DNA of 63,915 nucleotides, the filler included, from Hyphochytrium catenoides (Eukaryota; Protista; Hyphochytriomycota), in NCBI GenBank assembly GCA_900088475.1. It is 11 parts of 11 records of this genome, joined end to end, with 100 filler letters (N's around TTAATTAATTAA, not from the genome) between each part and the next. Parts side by side here need not be neighbours in the genome. Positions count along the whole stretch, not along the records: positions 1 to 6,216 come from FLMG01003787.1; positions 6,317 to 10,635 come from FLMG01000123.1; positions 10,736 to 30,480 come from FLMG01004066.1; 8 more parts are not named here. One strand, 5' to 3'. The notes under the pieces were generated by a model. That model was not told the origin of the DNA. It saw only the letters and a program-made list of their open reading frames with translations, and did no database searches. Of the stretch, positions 1 through 11,614 are shown piece after piece (positions within the stretch are counted from its first letter, which is position 1; the number at the start of each line of letters is the position of its first letter). Made by a program: the position numbers and the translations under genes.

Positions 1-881
1 TCTCTCTCTCTCTCCCCCTCTCTTCCTCTACACCCTAAACCTTCTCTCCTTGTCCTGGGTTGACAGGCCACCTTATTATGTCCTCATCAATATCCGGATA
101 ATAGAGTTATTATGCCTCCCGCAGCAGCGCGAGAGGAGACCTCACTGGCTCAGCAGAAAGCCCTAACTGTCCACCAGCACGGCAGGACATCATCCCATCA
201 TCAAGCTCACTACTCACTCTCCACATATAAAGGCAATGCCAAGGTGCCAGGCAAGCCAAAGTAGCAAAAAGAGCAATCTCTCTCTCCTCCTAGAAACGAT
301 GACGATGAAGCCATCAGGACAGTGGTGAGGAGAGGGTTTGCTCTTGTTGAGAAGAAGAAAAGAAAGAAAGAAAGAAAGAGAGAGAGAGNNNNNNNNNNNN
401 NNNNNNNNNNNNNNNNNNNGAGAGAGAGAGAGAGAGAGAGAGAGTGCCATCACTTCTTTTGCCATTGTCTCCTGACGGGACGTGTGAGAGTGAAAGTTGG
501 CTTTCTCTTGATGAGCAGAGAGACGTTTCTCTCTTCTGTGCTCTTCTACATGATGCGTCTCTTTCCTAGTTGTTCCTCCTTCACCCTGAGCTACTAGTGG
601 CAGCTGTCGTCTCTTGGATAAGAGGAAAGCGAAAAAGAAGAAGAGAGAAACATCGCTCAAGATTTTGGCTCTTCTTCTTCTCTCTTCTTCCTCGTCGCAA
701 GCTGCTGCTGCGGCTGGAGGAGAGAGAAGAGAGAAGGAGGAAGAGGAGATGACTTCTCTTCTGCTTTTAATAAAAAGACAGGCATCTTTAAAGTTTGGCC
801 GAAGTTTATCCAGGGAGATGGCAGCCTCCTAGCAGCGAGAAGAAGAGGAGACACCTCCCCTCTTCTCTCTTCTTCTGCTCT

Positions 882-932
<51 letters not shown>

Positions 933-1422
933 TCTTCTTGTTCCAAAATTCGTAGAGCTGCGACATAAGAAAAGAGTAAATAAGATAGAGAGAAGGAGGA
1001 CGAAAGCCTTTGCCATTGACAGGGAGAGGAAGTGCTGCGGTGCTGTGATATAGCGCAAGAGGAGGAGAGAGACCGGGAGAGAGAGAAAGACAAACAAGGA
1101 ACTTTCTCCACAGCAAAGAGAGAGAGGGAAGCATCAGCAGGTAATAATAAGACCTTGGAGAGAAAGAGGAGAGAGAGCACCTTCTTCTCTTCCTCGCGTT
1201 ATATATATAGATAAGTCATAATGGGAGTCGTCGCGATAGAGGAAGAAGAAAGTCTTCAAGAACCTTGAAAGATCTGGTGCAGATAATCCTGATAGAGAAA
1301 CAGTCTTCTGCTGCGTGGCCTTTGATTGCCGCCCGCCGCCAGAGAATAGATCAATAAAATATGTTGACAATAGGAGGAGAGAGAACAGAGAGAGAGTGAG
1401 AGAGAAGGTAGGGGGGAATGTG

Positions 1423-1454
<32 letters not shown>

Positions 1455-1600
1455 AGAGAGAGAGAGAGAGAGAGAGAATCGAGGGANNNNNNNNNNNNNN
1501 NNNNNNNNNNNNNNNNNNNNNNNNNNNNNNNNNNNNNNNNNNNNNNNNNNNNNNNNNNNNNNNNNNNNNNNNNNNNNNNNNNNNNNNNNNNNNNNNNNNN

Positions 1601-1648
<48 letters not shown>

Positions 1649-2027
1649 CTTCCTTTAAACCATCTCTCTCTTCTCTCACAGTGTGTCTCTCACCTGTTGG
1701 AGCTAACGATCCTGCTTCCCAAGGCCCCGCTACTACAAGTACTACTGCTCTTGCTCTCTCTTCTGTCTATTATTATGTGTGTGTGTCTCTCTCCTCTCTC
1801 TTTCTCTCTTTTCGTCTCTCGTTGTTTGTTCTCTCTCTGGTGCTGTTGCCTCTTCTCTTGCCTCGCTTCCCGTCTTCGTGTTTCTCTCTCTCCTCTCAAC
1901 CACCAACGTCGGCCCTGCAGCAGCATTAGCTTACACCGCAGACCACCGTTCTCCTCCAGGCCCTCGACCGAGGTATTAAGATCAGCTTTCTCTTCCCTCT
2001 TTCTTTCCTTCGTCATCTCCCTCTTGT

Positions 2028-2072
<45 letters not shown>

Positions 2073-2557
2073 ACCAGCAGATCTGTCCAAAAGCAGAGGC
2101 CATTCTCTCTTCTCTCTTTCTCTCCCTCCTCGTCCTCATTCATTTCTCGCACTGTCTCTCTTCTAAATCTCCTTCCCTGCTGTAAATCTCCTTCCCCTGC
2201 TGCTTGCAGAGAAAGAGAAGGGGCAGATAACGAAGGTCCACCAGGGAGCAGCAAGAGGAGACACGATCGATCGGTAGAAGAGAAAGCAGACGCATTAGGC
2301 AGCTGCCGCTCACTTCCTCTGTCTTCTGGGAGAAAGAGACTCGACAAACCCTTTTTAGAAACCCGTGTCTTCTTGGAGAAGAGAGGGCGGCACAATCCAG
2401 GAAAGAGAAAGAGAGAGAAGATGAGAAAAGAAATAGAGAAAGAGGCTCAGATGCTGCCATCAAAATGATGCGCCAGAAGAAGAAACACTGAGGAAAAGCA
2501 GATCATCGTTTCTCTCCTCTTTCATTCCTTAAGTCGTCGACAAACGAGGACAAGTGT

Positions 2558-2649
<92 letters not shown>

Positions 2650-2695
2650 CAGAGAGAGGAGTGAAGAGGAAGGCATCTCACTATCATCCTGAGCA

Positions 2696-4270
2696 ATGGC
2701 TGTTGTCTCTCCTACTGAGGGCGAGCTTCTCTTGGACTCTTCGGCCCTCTCACTTTGTGAGCCACTCCTGCACTTCCTTCGTGCCCGGCCCGCGCTGGAC
2801 GAGCGGTCCAAAGAGTGCCTGCTGGAGACCAGAAGAGAGATAGACACTGTTCTCTCTCCTTCTCTCTCCTCTCCTCTGTCTCTCTTTCCCTCTCCTCCTT
2901 CTCCTTCGTCTTGTCATTCGTCCCTCCCTCTCCCTTTCTTAGCAGAGACAGCAGAGGGTAGTGGCGAGAGAAGAAGGACGTCGGCTTCTCTCTCTTTGGT
3001 AAGGAGAGAAGAGGCCAACAACAAGAAGAAGGGAAGAACGGCCTCTTCTTCCTGTCAGGGGATGACAATTAACGCAGTGCAGCCTTTCTCTCCCTCTCCT
3101 TGTCCTCCCTCCTCTTCTTCTTCTCCCCTTCCTTCTTCTACTGTCAAGCCTACGTCGTCGAAGACACGGAGAGGAGAAGAGAGAGAGAGAAAGAGAAAGA
3201 AGCGGGTAATGGTCCCTGTCTATGCTTATACAGAGCTAACAGAGGAAGAGAGCAACATGACTCTTCTTGAGAGATTGGCTGGGAAAGAAGCGATGAACCG
3301 GTGGTGGCGCTGGCGAAAAGCACTGGCGGTTCTCTCTCTCCTTCTCTTCATTGGCAGTATTTCTATGGGAGTCTGCTTCATGCTTCTCCCTCTTTCCGAG
3401 AGAGAGAGAGCTCTTCTCGTTGCGGGCATTCTGCTCATCATTTTCTTCGGCTTTCTATGGCAGTCTGCGCTATGGAACTGGCACTTATTGCAGAAATCTT
3501 TGAAGACCTTTGATGCTCTCTTCTTTATGATCGAGATCACGCTGTGGGCTGTCTCTCTTGCCGGTGTCTTCTGTTTCTCTTTCTCTGCCTGTGCCTTCGC
3601 TGTAGGCGCGATCTGCACATTGATTCAAGGCTTTATGTGCTATGACAGCTGCCCGTCACGCCTGAGGAGAGCGTTTAGAGGAGGCTTTCTTGTCCTCAGT
3701 CTCTTCGGCATGTCTATTATTAGCGTTGTCTACCTCCGTCTCTCTCCTAACATGTGCTTCTACCGCCTGGACCTCCGCACAGGCTTATACCAGGAGGAAC
3801 AGCACATTGCAGAGAGAGAAAGAAGGCGCTGGAGCATGTCTCTCGTCGACTTTTGCCTCAACAGAGGGCTTACGCTGTTAATCTTAAGCTTCCGGGTGAC
3901 CTACCTGGCCTTCAAGCATCCAAATGACTGTGTGATTATTAAGAGCAGGATCAGGGTTATGGAGCTGCCGACGCCTCCTGCGGTAGCTGTTCCTCTCTCT
4001 TCTTCTTCTCTCTCCCCTTCTAGCCCTTCGCCTTCTTCTCTCTCTTCTTCTCCTGCTGCTGTCTGTTCTTCTTGTCAGTGGCTGCAGGCAAGAAGCGGAG
4101 CGGAGAGAGAAGCGCAACGAAGATCTGTTGCTCCTTTTCAGTCCAAAGATGAGTCAAATGCAGGGCCTCCGCTTACAGCAGAAGCCGTAGGGACACCAAG
4201 AACAACAGTGGAGGTTAGGCACCATCATAGAGCCTCAGGAAGCGTGAAGCGGGGCACCATCTCTTCCTGA
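2696..4270 (+). CDS. Polytopic membrane protein of unknown function (524 aa, intronless)
   Basis: Long ATG-initiated ORF. A non-repetitive core carries about 6 hydrophobic segments (ALAVLSLLLFIGSISMGVCFMLL, ALLVAGILLIIFFGFLW, ALFFMIEITLWAVSLAGVFCF, AFRGGFLVLSLFGMSIISVVYL, GLTLLILSF), flanked by Ser/Pro-rich and charged low-complexity tails. Confidence 0.8.
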   Translation: MAVVSPTEGELLLDSSALSLCEPLLHFLRARPALDERSKECLLETRREIDTVLSPSLSSPLSLFPSPPSPSSCHSSLPLPFLAETAEGSGERRRTSASLSLVRREEANNKKKGRTASSSCQGMTINAVQPFSPSPCPPSSSSSPLPSSTVKPTSSKTRRGEERERKRKKRVMVPVYAYTELTEEESNMTLLERLAGKEAMNRWWRWRKALAVLSLLLFIGSISMGVCFMLLPLSERERALLVAGILLIIFFGFLWQSALWNWHLLQKSLKTFDALFFMIEITLWAVSLAGVFCFSFSACAFAVGAICTLIQGFMCYDSCPSRLRRAFRGGFLVLSLFGMSIISVVYLRLSPNMCFYRLDLRTGLYQEEQHIAERERRRWSMSLVDFCLNRGLTLLILSFRVTYLAFKHPNDCVIIKSRIRVMELPTPPAVAVPLSSSSLSPSSPSPSSLSSSPAAVCSSCQWLQARSGAEREAQRRSVAPFQSKDESNAGPPLTAEAVGTPRTTVEVRHHHRASGSVKRGTISS

Positions 4271-5544
4271 GAAGATGAAGGACACACTCTCCTCCTCTCT
4301 GCTGCTGTCATCTCAAAGCTATTTTCTTCTATCCTTTCTCATCATTGGACCTTTCAAAGAGAAGCAAGCTAAAGAGCTTTAAGGATCGGAGACGGAGAAG
4401 CACGGCTAAAGGGCCAAGAACCGCCTAAAGGAGAACTCTCTCTCTCTTTCTCATCTCTCTCGTCTCTTTTATAACTTTATGAGAGAGACCACCTTGACTC
4501 TGACCTCCAGGGCCCAGGATCTTTCTACATATGAGATCGTGGCGTTATTTGTCTTCTTGGATGGCGTCTCACTCTCACTCAGACAGGAAAGAAGGCAGAA
4601 GAATCAAGAACTTCTCATGAGGAAAGTCCTAGAAACAGCGCCTCTTGAGAAGAAGGGAACATAAGCTATAGGATGCCAAAGGCCAAGCTGTCCTCAATCG
4701 CATAGCATCAGCTGACCTCCTTAGGCCATCTAGTTCCTTCAGGGGCCCAAAGTGATGGATTCAAGCAGCTTGAAGCGGCACACGCAGACCAACAACCGAG
4801 GAGCAGAAAGAAAGCTTTTTCCGTGTACCTTTCCTTTGTCTACTACCTGGTACTCCGCATGGTCTTCTTCGGGCCTAATAGCTCTGTCCCCACGAAGAGC
4901 ACAGACACAGCGAGAGTGCACGAGCTCTGAGGAAGTACTGGACGAGGGAAGGTGCCTCGTCATGATTATCGCTATTTAGCTAGAAGCAAGGTTGGTCGTG
5001 AGCTGACAAGCAGCGCTGGCTTGTCGTGTGCCCTTGCAGACCTTCTGCCTCAGTCACTATGTTCTTCTAAGACTATAGGTTGACTCTTGTCAGTCTTAAC
5101 GTGCAAAAGATCGCGCAATGTATCATGCTCAAGGTGCTACATTGTTCCTGGGTAAGGCTCCTTGCCTTTCGCCCGTTGTCGGTGTTGTCACTTCGTAGAG
5201 TCTCCCCAAGACGACCGAGCGGCTACGATTCTTCTCTCCTTCTTGCTCTGTCTCTATCTATCTTTCTTCCCTCTACTTTTGACGCTGATATCACTATAGA
5301 TGCTTGCCCCGTCCTAGCTGTCGAGAGGCATCAACCACTAGCGCCGTAAAGGGCTAAAGGCTCGTAGAATAGAAGGCCGCATGACGTCTGCCGTCCTCTT
5401 CAATCTAGCGAGCTGAGTCACACCTCTTTAATCTGAGTCTGAACTTAAGTGACTGTCAGCCGTCCCCAACCTTCCCTGGCTGCCTTCAGCAAGTCTTCAA
5501 GGGTCTCTTGGCTTACACTGGCGCCGTTGCGCTTCGCAAGAGAA

Positions 5545-5790
5545 GGGCAAGGAACAGCAGGACAAGGACCACAAGAACAAAGGACCAGCAGGACTTACAA
5601 GGACCAGCAGGAGAAGGGAACGACCAGCAACAGATGCTCCAGCAGGGACAAGGACCAGCGCGACAAAGGACGGGGACCAGCAGAGGCAGGACAATGAATC
5701 ATCAGCGGCAGGAGAAGGACCAGCAGGTCAAGAGAAGGGCCAGCAGAAGAAGAGGCCCCTGCAGGACAAGGGACCAGCAGGACAAGAGAT
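5545..5790 (+). repeat. Degenerate minisatellite built on GGACCAGCAG(G/A) units
   Basis: The motif ggaccagca or its variants recurs about 8-10 times at irregular short spacing; no coherent long ORF. Confidence 0.6.
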
Positions 5791-6216
5791 CAGAAGCTCT
5801 TCGCTAGCTGCTGCTGATCTGATGACAGAGACCGCGAGCTCTGGCCTGACAGGCGGCACTCGGGCCGGTGAAGTGACTGCCAAACACTTCGGGGCGCCGA
5901 TAACCTTCTAGTAGGACCGCGTTGGAGGTATGCAATTCGTTGGACTATGTATTTTTGACCGAACGGAGGCAATGAATGAAGGGTCCCGGTAGAGAGGTTT
6001 CTTAAAGGGGCTTTAAAGCTTAGGGGTTACATTGTCCGTAAATCTATGAAAGGCCCTGATCAGGAGGTTGTAACGCCCTTTCGGATCTTGAACCTCTATG
6101 ACTCTCTCTCTCTCTCTCTCTCTCTCTTCCTCCCTCTCTCTGTCTCTGTCTCGCTCTCTGTCTCTCCGTCTCTCTGTCTCTCTCTTTCTCTCTTTCTCTC
6201 TTTCTCTCTCTCTCTC

Positions 6217-6316
6217 NNNNNNNNNNNNNNNNNNNNNNNNNNNNNNNNNNNNNNNNNNNNTTAATTAATTAANNNNNNNNNNNNNNNNNNNNNNNNNNNN
6301 NNNNNNNNNNNNNNNN
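6217..6316. other. Artificial contig-joining spacer
   Basis: 44 N + TTAATTAATTAA (stops in all six frames) + 44 N. Confidence 0.97.
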
Positions 6317-6589
6317 TTCCTCTATGAGGTAGAAGTGGAATAATGTTGTCAGCGACTGCCAAAACAATCTTGTTGAACCCCCTTTTGTCATTCTTCAGCC
6401 AAGAAGACTGCATCGTAGCCCTAGACGTAGATATGGACGTGTTCTTTGAGGAGATATCAGGGGATCCTTGCTCCCGTCAACATGATGAAGGAGGTTCAGT
6501 TCATCGAGATAAGCCTCCATTTTCAATCGCCAAACAGGGTAGTCCTCCATCCCTTGTAGCTTTGATATCATAACCACGAAAGAGCTCAT
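6317..6589 (-). pseudogene. Ty1/Copia gag N-terminus, frameshifted and cut by the contig end
   Basis: MSSFVVMISKLQGMEDYPVWRLKMEAYLDELNLLHHVDG matches the Copia gag N-terminal pattern (KLxGxNYxxWxxxMxxxL). After a frameshift in the C-run near 6460 a second frame reads ...SSWLKNDKRGFNKIVLAVADNIIPLL, the W..D...I.L.V.D gag motif. Confidence 0.8.
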
Positions 6590-7189
6590 TATGTTGATGA
6601 TTCTGGGGGCTTGAAATAGGTCTTGATGATGAGAATGGAAAGAGAAATGGACAATAGTAGACTTTGTGTGCGTAGGATTTGATGTTCTTCTTGCCTTGAA
6701 ATTGGACGATATCTCCAAAACGAAGCGGTTTCAGAAGAAAATGATGGCACCAATGAACTCACCGATGCCGATTTACCCCCCGTCACTCTTTGAAAGCACC
6801 AAAAAGAGTTGATTTTGGGCCGAAATCGTGCTTGAAACTTTCCCTTTAAAAAGTGCTCGTATGGTTGAAATTTTCGTTGGAGGGGTTGGAATTTATACCG
6901 AAATTTTGGATGAACCTTTCCAATGTTTCGAACGTTTCCTCGAAGTTTCGTTGAAATATTTGCGAAAATTTCAATGGAACAGGATTGCCGTTAGCAGCTA
7001 TATGACTGTACCGATAGCCGGTACTGGCTAGTTGTTTTGGAAGCCGGCGAGACCTGGTAGCCGTTATTACCCAGTGGAGCTCGTTGGCTGCTCCAGGGGG
7101 CCGACTTGATCTTGGTCTGGGTCGGGATCGCAATGGTCCAGTGGTTGGCTCAGAGGCCTCAGAACAAGTTTCCGAGTCCTGGGGGACGC

Positions 7190-7203
7190 GTGGGCCCATA
7201 ACC
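7190..7203 (-). promoter_or_regulatory. Primer-binding site complementary to the initiator tRNA-Met anticodon arm (copia/Ty5-type half-tRNA priming)
   Basis: GGTTATGGGCCCAC immediately follows the CA LTR terminus. Confidence 0.75.
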
Positions 7204-7532
7204 TGTTGGATTTGTATGGGATGATTGGACAATGTCATTAGATGAGAGTGCTCTACCTATATGCCCAACGGGGGTCCCATAATCTAGAGCTATTCTGACT
7301 ATGCCAACTATTCCTAATAAACCCTAAGATATGGAGTTATGGAGATATCCCTGTCTAGAATAGTCAGTCCTGGAGGTATCCTGGGGTACTGACCATAAGC
7401 CATAGATATAAACAGGGACTTTTCGTATATCTCGGCCTCTACTGGGGGTTTAGAGCTGAAACTTGGGTAGTTAAGCTTGCCAGCTTGTAGGCCACATAGC
7501 TGTGCCCTCAGACTTCAACAAGAAAGAGCCAT

Positions 7533-8120
7533 CATACCTTCGAAATAAGCTATCATGTGAGCAGGGGTTCATGGCCCCAGTTTGCTATTACACTGATAGC
7601 CTCGCTTTCCTGGCAGAAGACTCCTATGCCCTGATCACTCTAATTTGCTCCCGCTCAGTCACGCTGCACCAATAGTTAGATGTTCTGTGCCTTTTGACTC
7701 AGAGTAGAACGGCCTCCATACCCTCGCAATAAGCTATGTGAGCAGCAGGGACCATAGCCCCAGCTTATTTTGCCAGCGATAACCCCACATCCTGGGCGAG
7801 AACTCCTATGTCCTGATCACCCTGATTCGCCCCGGCTCAGTCCCGCTGCGCTGCACCAATGGTTAGATGCTTGTGCGGTTTCAAATAAAGGAAAAACACC
7901 CTCCATACCTTCGAATTAAGCTCTGTGAGCATCGGCCATGGCCTCACCTTGTTATTGGTAAAGATAGCCTCGCTTTCCTGATAAGTCCAATACAGTCTGG
8001 TTAAACTCGGCTTTACCACTGTCCATCAACCGATAGTTGCCTTACTACATGTTATGCAAGCTGCATTCATCGTAGAGGCCGAGATAGCCTCCATACTGGA
8101 TGCAAGCTATGCACGCACTG
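7533..8120. repeat. Diverged tandem repeat, ~185-bp unit, about 3 copies plus a trace of a fourth
   Basis: The anchor (ctc)catac..tcg.aataagcta..tgtgagcag recurs near 7533, 7714 and 7901, weakly near 8089. The first two units share actcctatg.cctgatcac and gctgcaccaat.gttagatg. Confidence 0.75.
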
Positions 8121-10183
8121 GTATCCGCCTCCCTTTGACAGTGACGGAAGTTCGCTAGTCATTGCAATCGATCACGGATCCCGCAATGGGCGCTATCTCG
8201 TCGCATTATGAAAACCGTTGCTCCGTAGCTGTCTTTGCCTCTTCGTCTTAGGAGTAGGAATAGCTGTACTTCTTTGAATAAGCGGCGAAAGCAGTGCTCC
8301 TGGCCACAGCTTAACATATCAGAGAGGAACTAGGCCTTTCCATGATGGTGGCGGAGAGGAAGATCGATAGAGTCGTCATCCCGAGCCGACCGGACAGAGT
8401 AAATAAATGGCACTGTAGTTGCAGGCCATCATCGGCAAGTGCACTCCAGCATAGCCTCGGTATCCAGCATATAAGCCATTAAATGAGAGTTGAATGCAGC
8501 GCTTAGACGCACTGTCATTGACTGCTGCTGCTGCTTGTTGGTAGGAGTAAAGGCTAGAGGATGCAGCAGCGAAAGCAGCGTGCTGATGGTCTTTGATGGC
8601 ACATACAGAAACGGATTTGTTGTGCTTCGTAATTGCTGGATGGTACCAATGACTGTCATGGGGGGTGACACAGCTACTTAAAACGTTTTGACAAATGTTT
8701 GGCTATAAGAAAGCTGATGATAGTGAGAGGGAGATGAATGCTATCAACGGCAAGGGGCAAGTGATCCCATACAACTCACTTGCCCACCCGCACTGAACCT
8801 GGCTCTTCATGATTAATGTTAGAGCATCATCCCCCACCCATCTTCCAACAGCAAAATCACAATACTCCGGTTTCTTGTAGAGTGCAATGAGCAATTATTC
8901 TGGCACCACTGTACTCTTGAGCCGGACTTTTAGCAATCGCTGATTCAATTTCTGAATTGGGGAAGAGCGGCCGCGCTCCAGCAGCGCCGCTTTGTCAGAG
9001 CACAGAAAGTCACCGCATACAACGCCGCCGTAGGTCATTTTCCAGCTTTCTCCGCAGATTTGAGACGAGCAGCCATCAGCGATCAGNNNNNNNNNNNNNN
9101 NNNNNNNNNNNCTCTGCTTGCTGTCACTGCCATCTTTGACGAAGGCAGGGTAACATCTCTCTTCTCCCGTATACAATAGCGCCAAAGCTATTCATATGCA
9201 ATGAGCAACGGCGGCGAAAGGATCCACAACTAAGAGAAGATCAGAGGTCTCACAAGAAGTCCTCTCCAGTATCAGGTGAGGGGCTGCTCTAGTATCAACT
9301 CTGGATTCGTCCATAACTCGTGACGCACAACAAGAAGTCTGAAAATTCTTTTTCTTCTGAGAATGCAGGATGCAGCATTCTTGGACTACCACACGTTGTT
9401 GTGCTTCTGGCAATGACNNNNNNNNNNNNNNNNNNNNNNNNNNNNNNNNNNNNNNNNNNNNNNNNTTCTATCCAGCTATTTTTGTTGAGGCATTGATGCT
9501 CCAAGTTCCGGGACGAACCTATCTTGGGCTGCTTGGTGTTAAGGATGGATGGCTAGCCTGGTGTCAAGGCCTGATCCTCAGCACCACAGACTAATGGTAG
9601 AGCTGCTGGCGCCGGTGTGTGGAAGCGACGAGGCTGACAAGACTACGACAAATATGGGTAAATGTATCGAACGACGGGAATCTTCTACATCGTCCCCTTG
9701 CGCTTCAGGAGAGGCTACGATGGATGGTAAACGAGAAAGACCTCTCGTGCTCAGAAGCAGACAGAGGAGCTCCAGGAAGCAGTCGGTAGAGAATCTGGAG
9801 CGATGAGCGATGAGTGATAGCGAGCAATAGGAATTTAAAGTAAATAAGTATTATCAATAAAACCAATGGACTTGTACTTACTCAAACTCTCAGTTCTCCC
9901 CTCGTAGTAGAAGCACTGACGGGGTTCCAGGCCGCCCCCAAGAGTATTGAAACATTTCATATAATTCGGTTGAATTCCGCAGTATATGCCATGATTTCCC
10001 TGTTGATTTGTGGTAGAGTACAAATAGGTTTCCCTAACATAAAGCCCTTCGATGAATTAGTGCTAGTGTTGCAAAATGTTAGGCTTACTGTCAGACAAAT
10101 TCAGACATTTTCAGACTGAGGCCTTCAGACTTTTTCAGATAAATTAAGACAAAAACGAAGTCACATTGCTAGGGGGAGATACC

Positions 10184-10635
10184 CCTATTCAACTCTCTGT
10201 TCAGGCTGATGCTGATTGGGCTAGTGACCCAGCTGACCGCAAGTCTATCACAGGCTATTTTTTGAGCCTCAACGGCGGTGCTTTTGCATGGAAGTCAAAG
10301 AAACAATCTCTCAGAGCGTCGCCAACCACGGAAGCGGAGTGCGTCTCTCTTTGGTCCGCAAGCCAGGTCGCAGAGCACTTCAGTGTGTTCCTTGGCGAGC
10401 TTGGCTTCTCCAACCAGCTGCCCATCCCTATTAGTCAGGACAACCAAAGCGCAATTGTCTTCTGCTCCTCTTCACGACCAAAGTCAAAGACTCTAGATGT
10501 CAAGCACTGTGTCCTGCAAGAGAAGGTCGCCAATGGGAGAATTAAGCTGGTCTATAGTCCCTCTGCAGCTATGGTAGCCGATTGCCTCACCAAGCCTTTA
10601 CCTGCTCCTCTCTTTCGGACACTGCGTCCTCAGCT
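10184..10635 (+). mobile_element. Ty1/Copia pol C-terminus (RNase H domain) fragment
   Basis: ADADWASDPADRKSITGY...AWKSKKQ...TTEAE...QDNQSAI...SKTLDVK...MVADCLTKPL are the standard Copia RNase H motifs. No RT upstream; runs into the spacer. Confidence 0.92.
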
Positions 10636-10735
10636 NNNNNNNNNNNNNNNNNNNNNNNNNNNNNNNNNNNNNNNNNNNNTTAATTAATTAANNNNNNNNN
10701 NNNNNNNNNNNNNNNNNNNNNNNNNNNNNNNNNNN
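10636..10735. other. Artificial contig-joining spacer
   Basis: 44 N + TTAATTAATTAA + 44 N. Confidence 0.97.
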
Positions 10736-11614
10736 CTCGCCTCAAAAAGTAGTGGAGGAGACGAAGAGAGAGCTACTGCACAAAAGGAAGCCTTATCATG
10801 AAGAAGGAAGAGTGAGGAAGGAATCTTGCAGCAGAACTGACAGACGCGAAGTCTCTCGTGCGGCCTCTCTCCTCTCGAATAAGAGGAGAGAGAGTGCAGA
10901 AAGCCAACAGACGCTAGAGGAGGATCCAACTCTCTTCTTCCTTCTTTCTCTCCTCGTGTATGCTGATGAACTCTATCTGTACTAATTATCGTGCAAGGAA
11001 GACATTTGCCACTCCTCCAACTCAACTTTTGCCAATCATTCCTTGTCATTGCCGCCTCCTTCTCTTTGGAATGCAAGAAGAAATGAGAGAAGAGAAACCT
11101 ATTCCCCGTTCCGCAGGAAGTCCCAGGAACACTATTAGGAGAGAGAGAGAGAGAGGGGGAGAGAGAGAGAGAGAGAGAAAGACGTGTCAGCCTTCTTCCC
11201 CCTCATGCCTACTACTAGTATGAAGCATCCCCTTGTCAGCTTCCTCCTCTATCGCCAGCATAAACCTTTGTTTCTCCCTTCAGCGGGCTCTTCACAATCC
11301 TCTTAGTCGTCCTTCCAACACACCGCGTAATAACAAGGCTTATCAGCAATATCGCATATAAGGGAGAGAGAGAGAGAGAATGAATAGAAGCATCTCTTCG
11401 TTTATTTGGCCTTTCTATCACTCTTCTTCGTCTCTCTCTTTCTTCTCTATCTCTCAGATAATTGGGGAGAACACTCTAATGACCCGCGTCAGAAAGGGCA
11501 TAACGGGAGGAAGAAAAGCTAAGAGCCACAAGAGGTGACGACTCACGCAGAAAATAGAAGAAAGAACACGGACGAAAGCGAAAGCAAGCAGCAGAGACAA
11601 GAGGCTTCTGTTTA

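Larger units (their letters stand above)
6317..7520 (-). mobile_element. 5' part of a Ty1/Copia LTR retrotransposon (putative LTR 7520-7204, PBS, leader, gag)
   Basis: The minus strand reads ...TCCAACA|GGTTATGGGCCCAC, an LTR end followed by a PBS, with gag about 600 nt downstream. The outer LTR boundary is tentative: the plus strand has TGTTGG at 7204 and TTCAACA ending at 7520. Confidence 0.7.

Noticed and set aside
6022-6078. GGGGTTACA and TGTAACGCCC as Gypsy-type LTR termini
   Set aside because: No second LTR copy, PBS, TSD or pol sequence to support it.
6261-6272. TTAATTAATTAA as a biological motif (PacI site or piggyBac TTAA target)
   Set aside because: Always centred between exactly 44 N on each side; it is an assembly linker.
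9537-10039. Solo LTR bounded by TGTTAAGG...CCCTAACA
   Set aside because: The flanks (cttgg / taaag) do not form a target-site duplication and no second copy is in the window.
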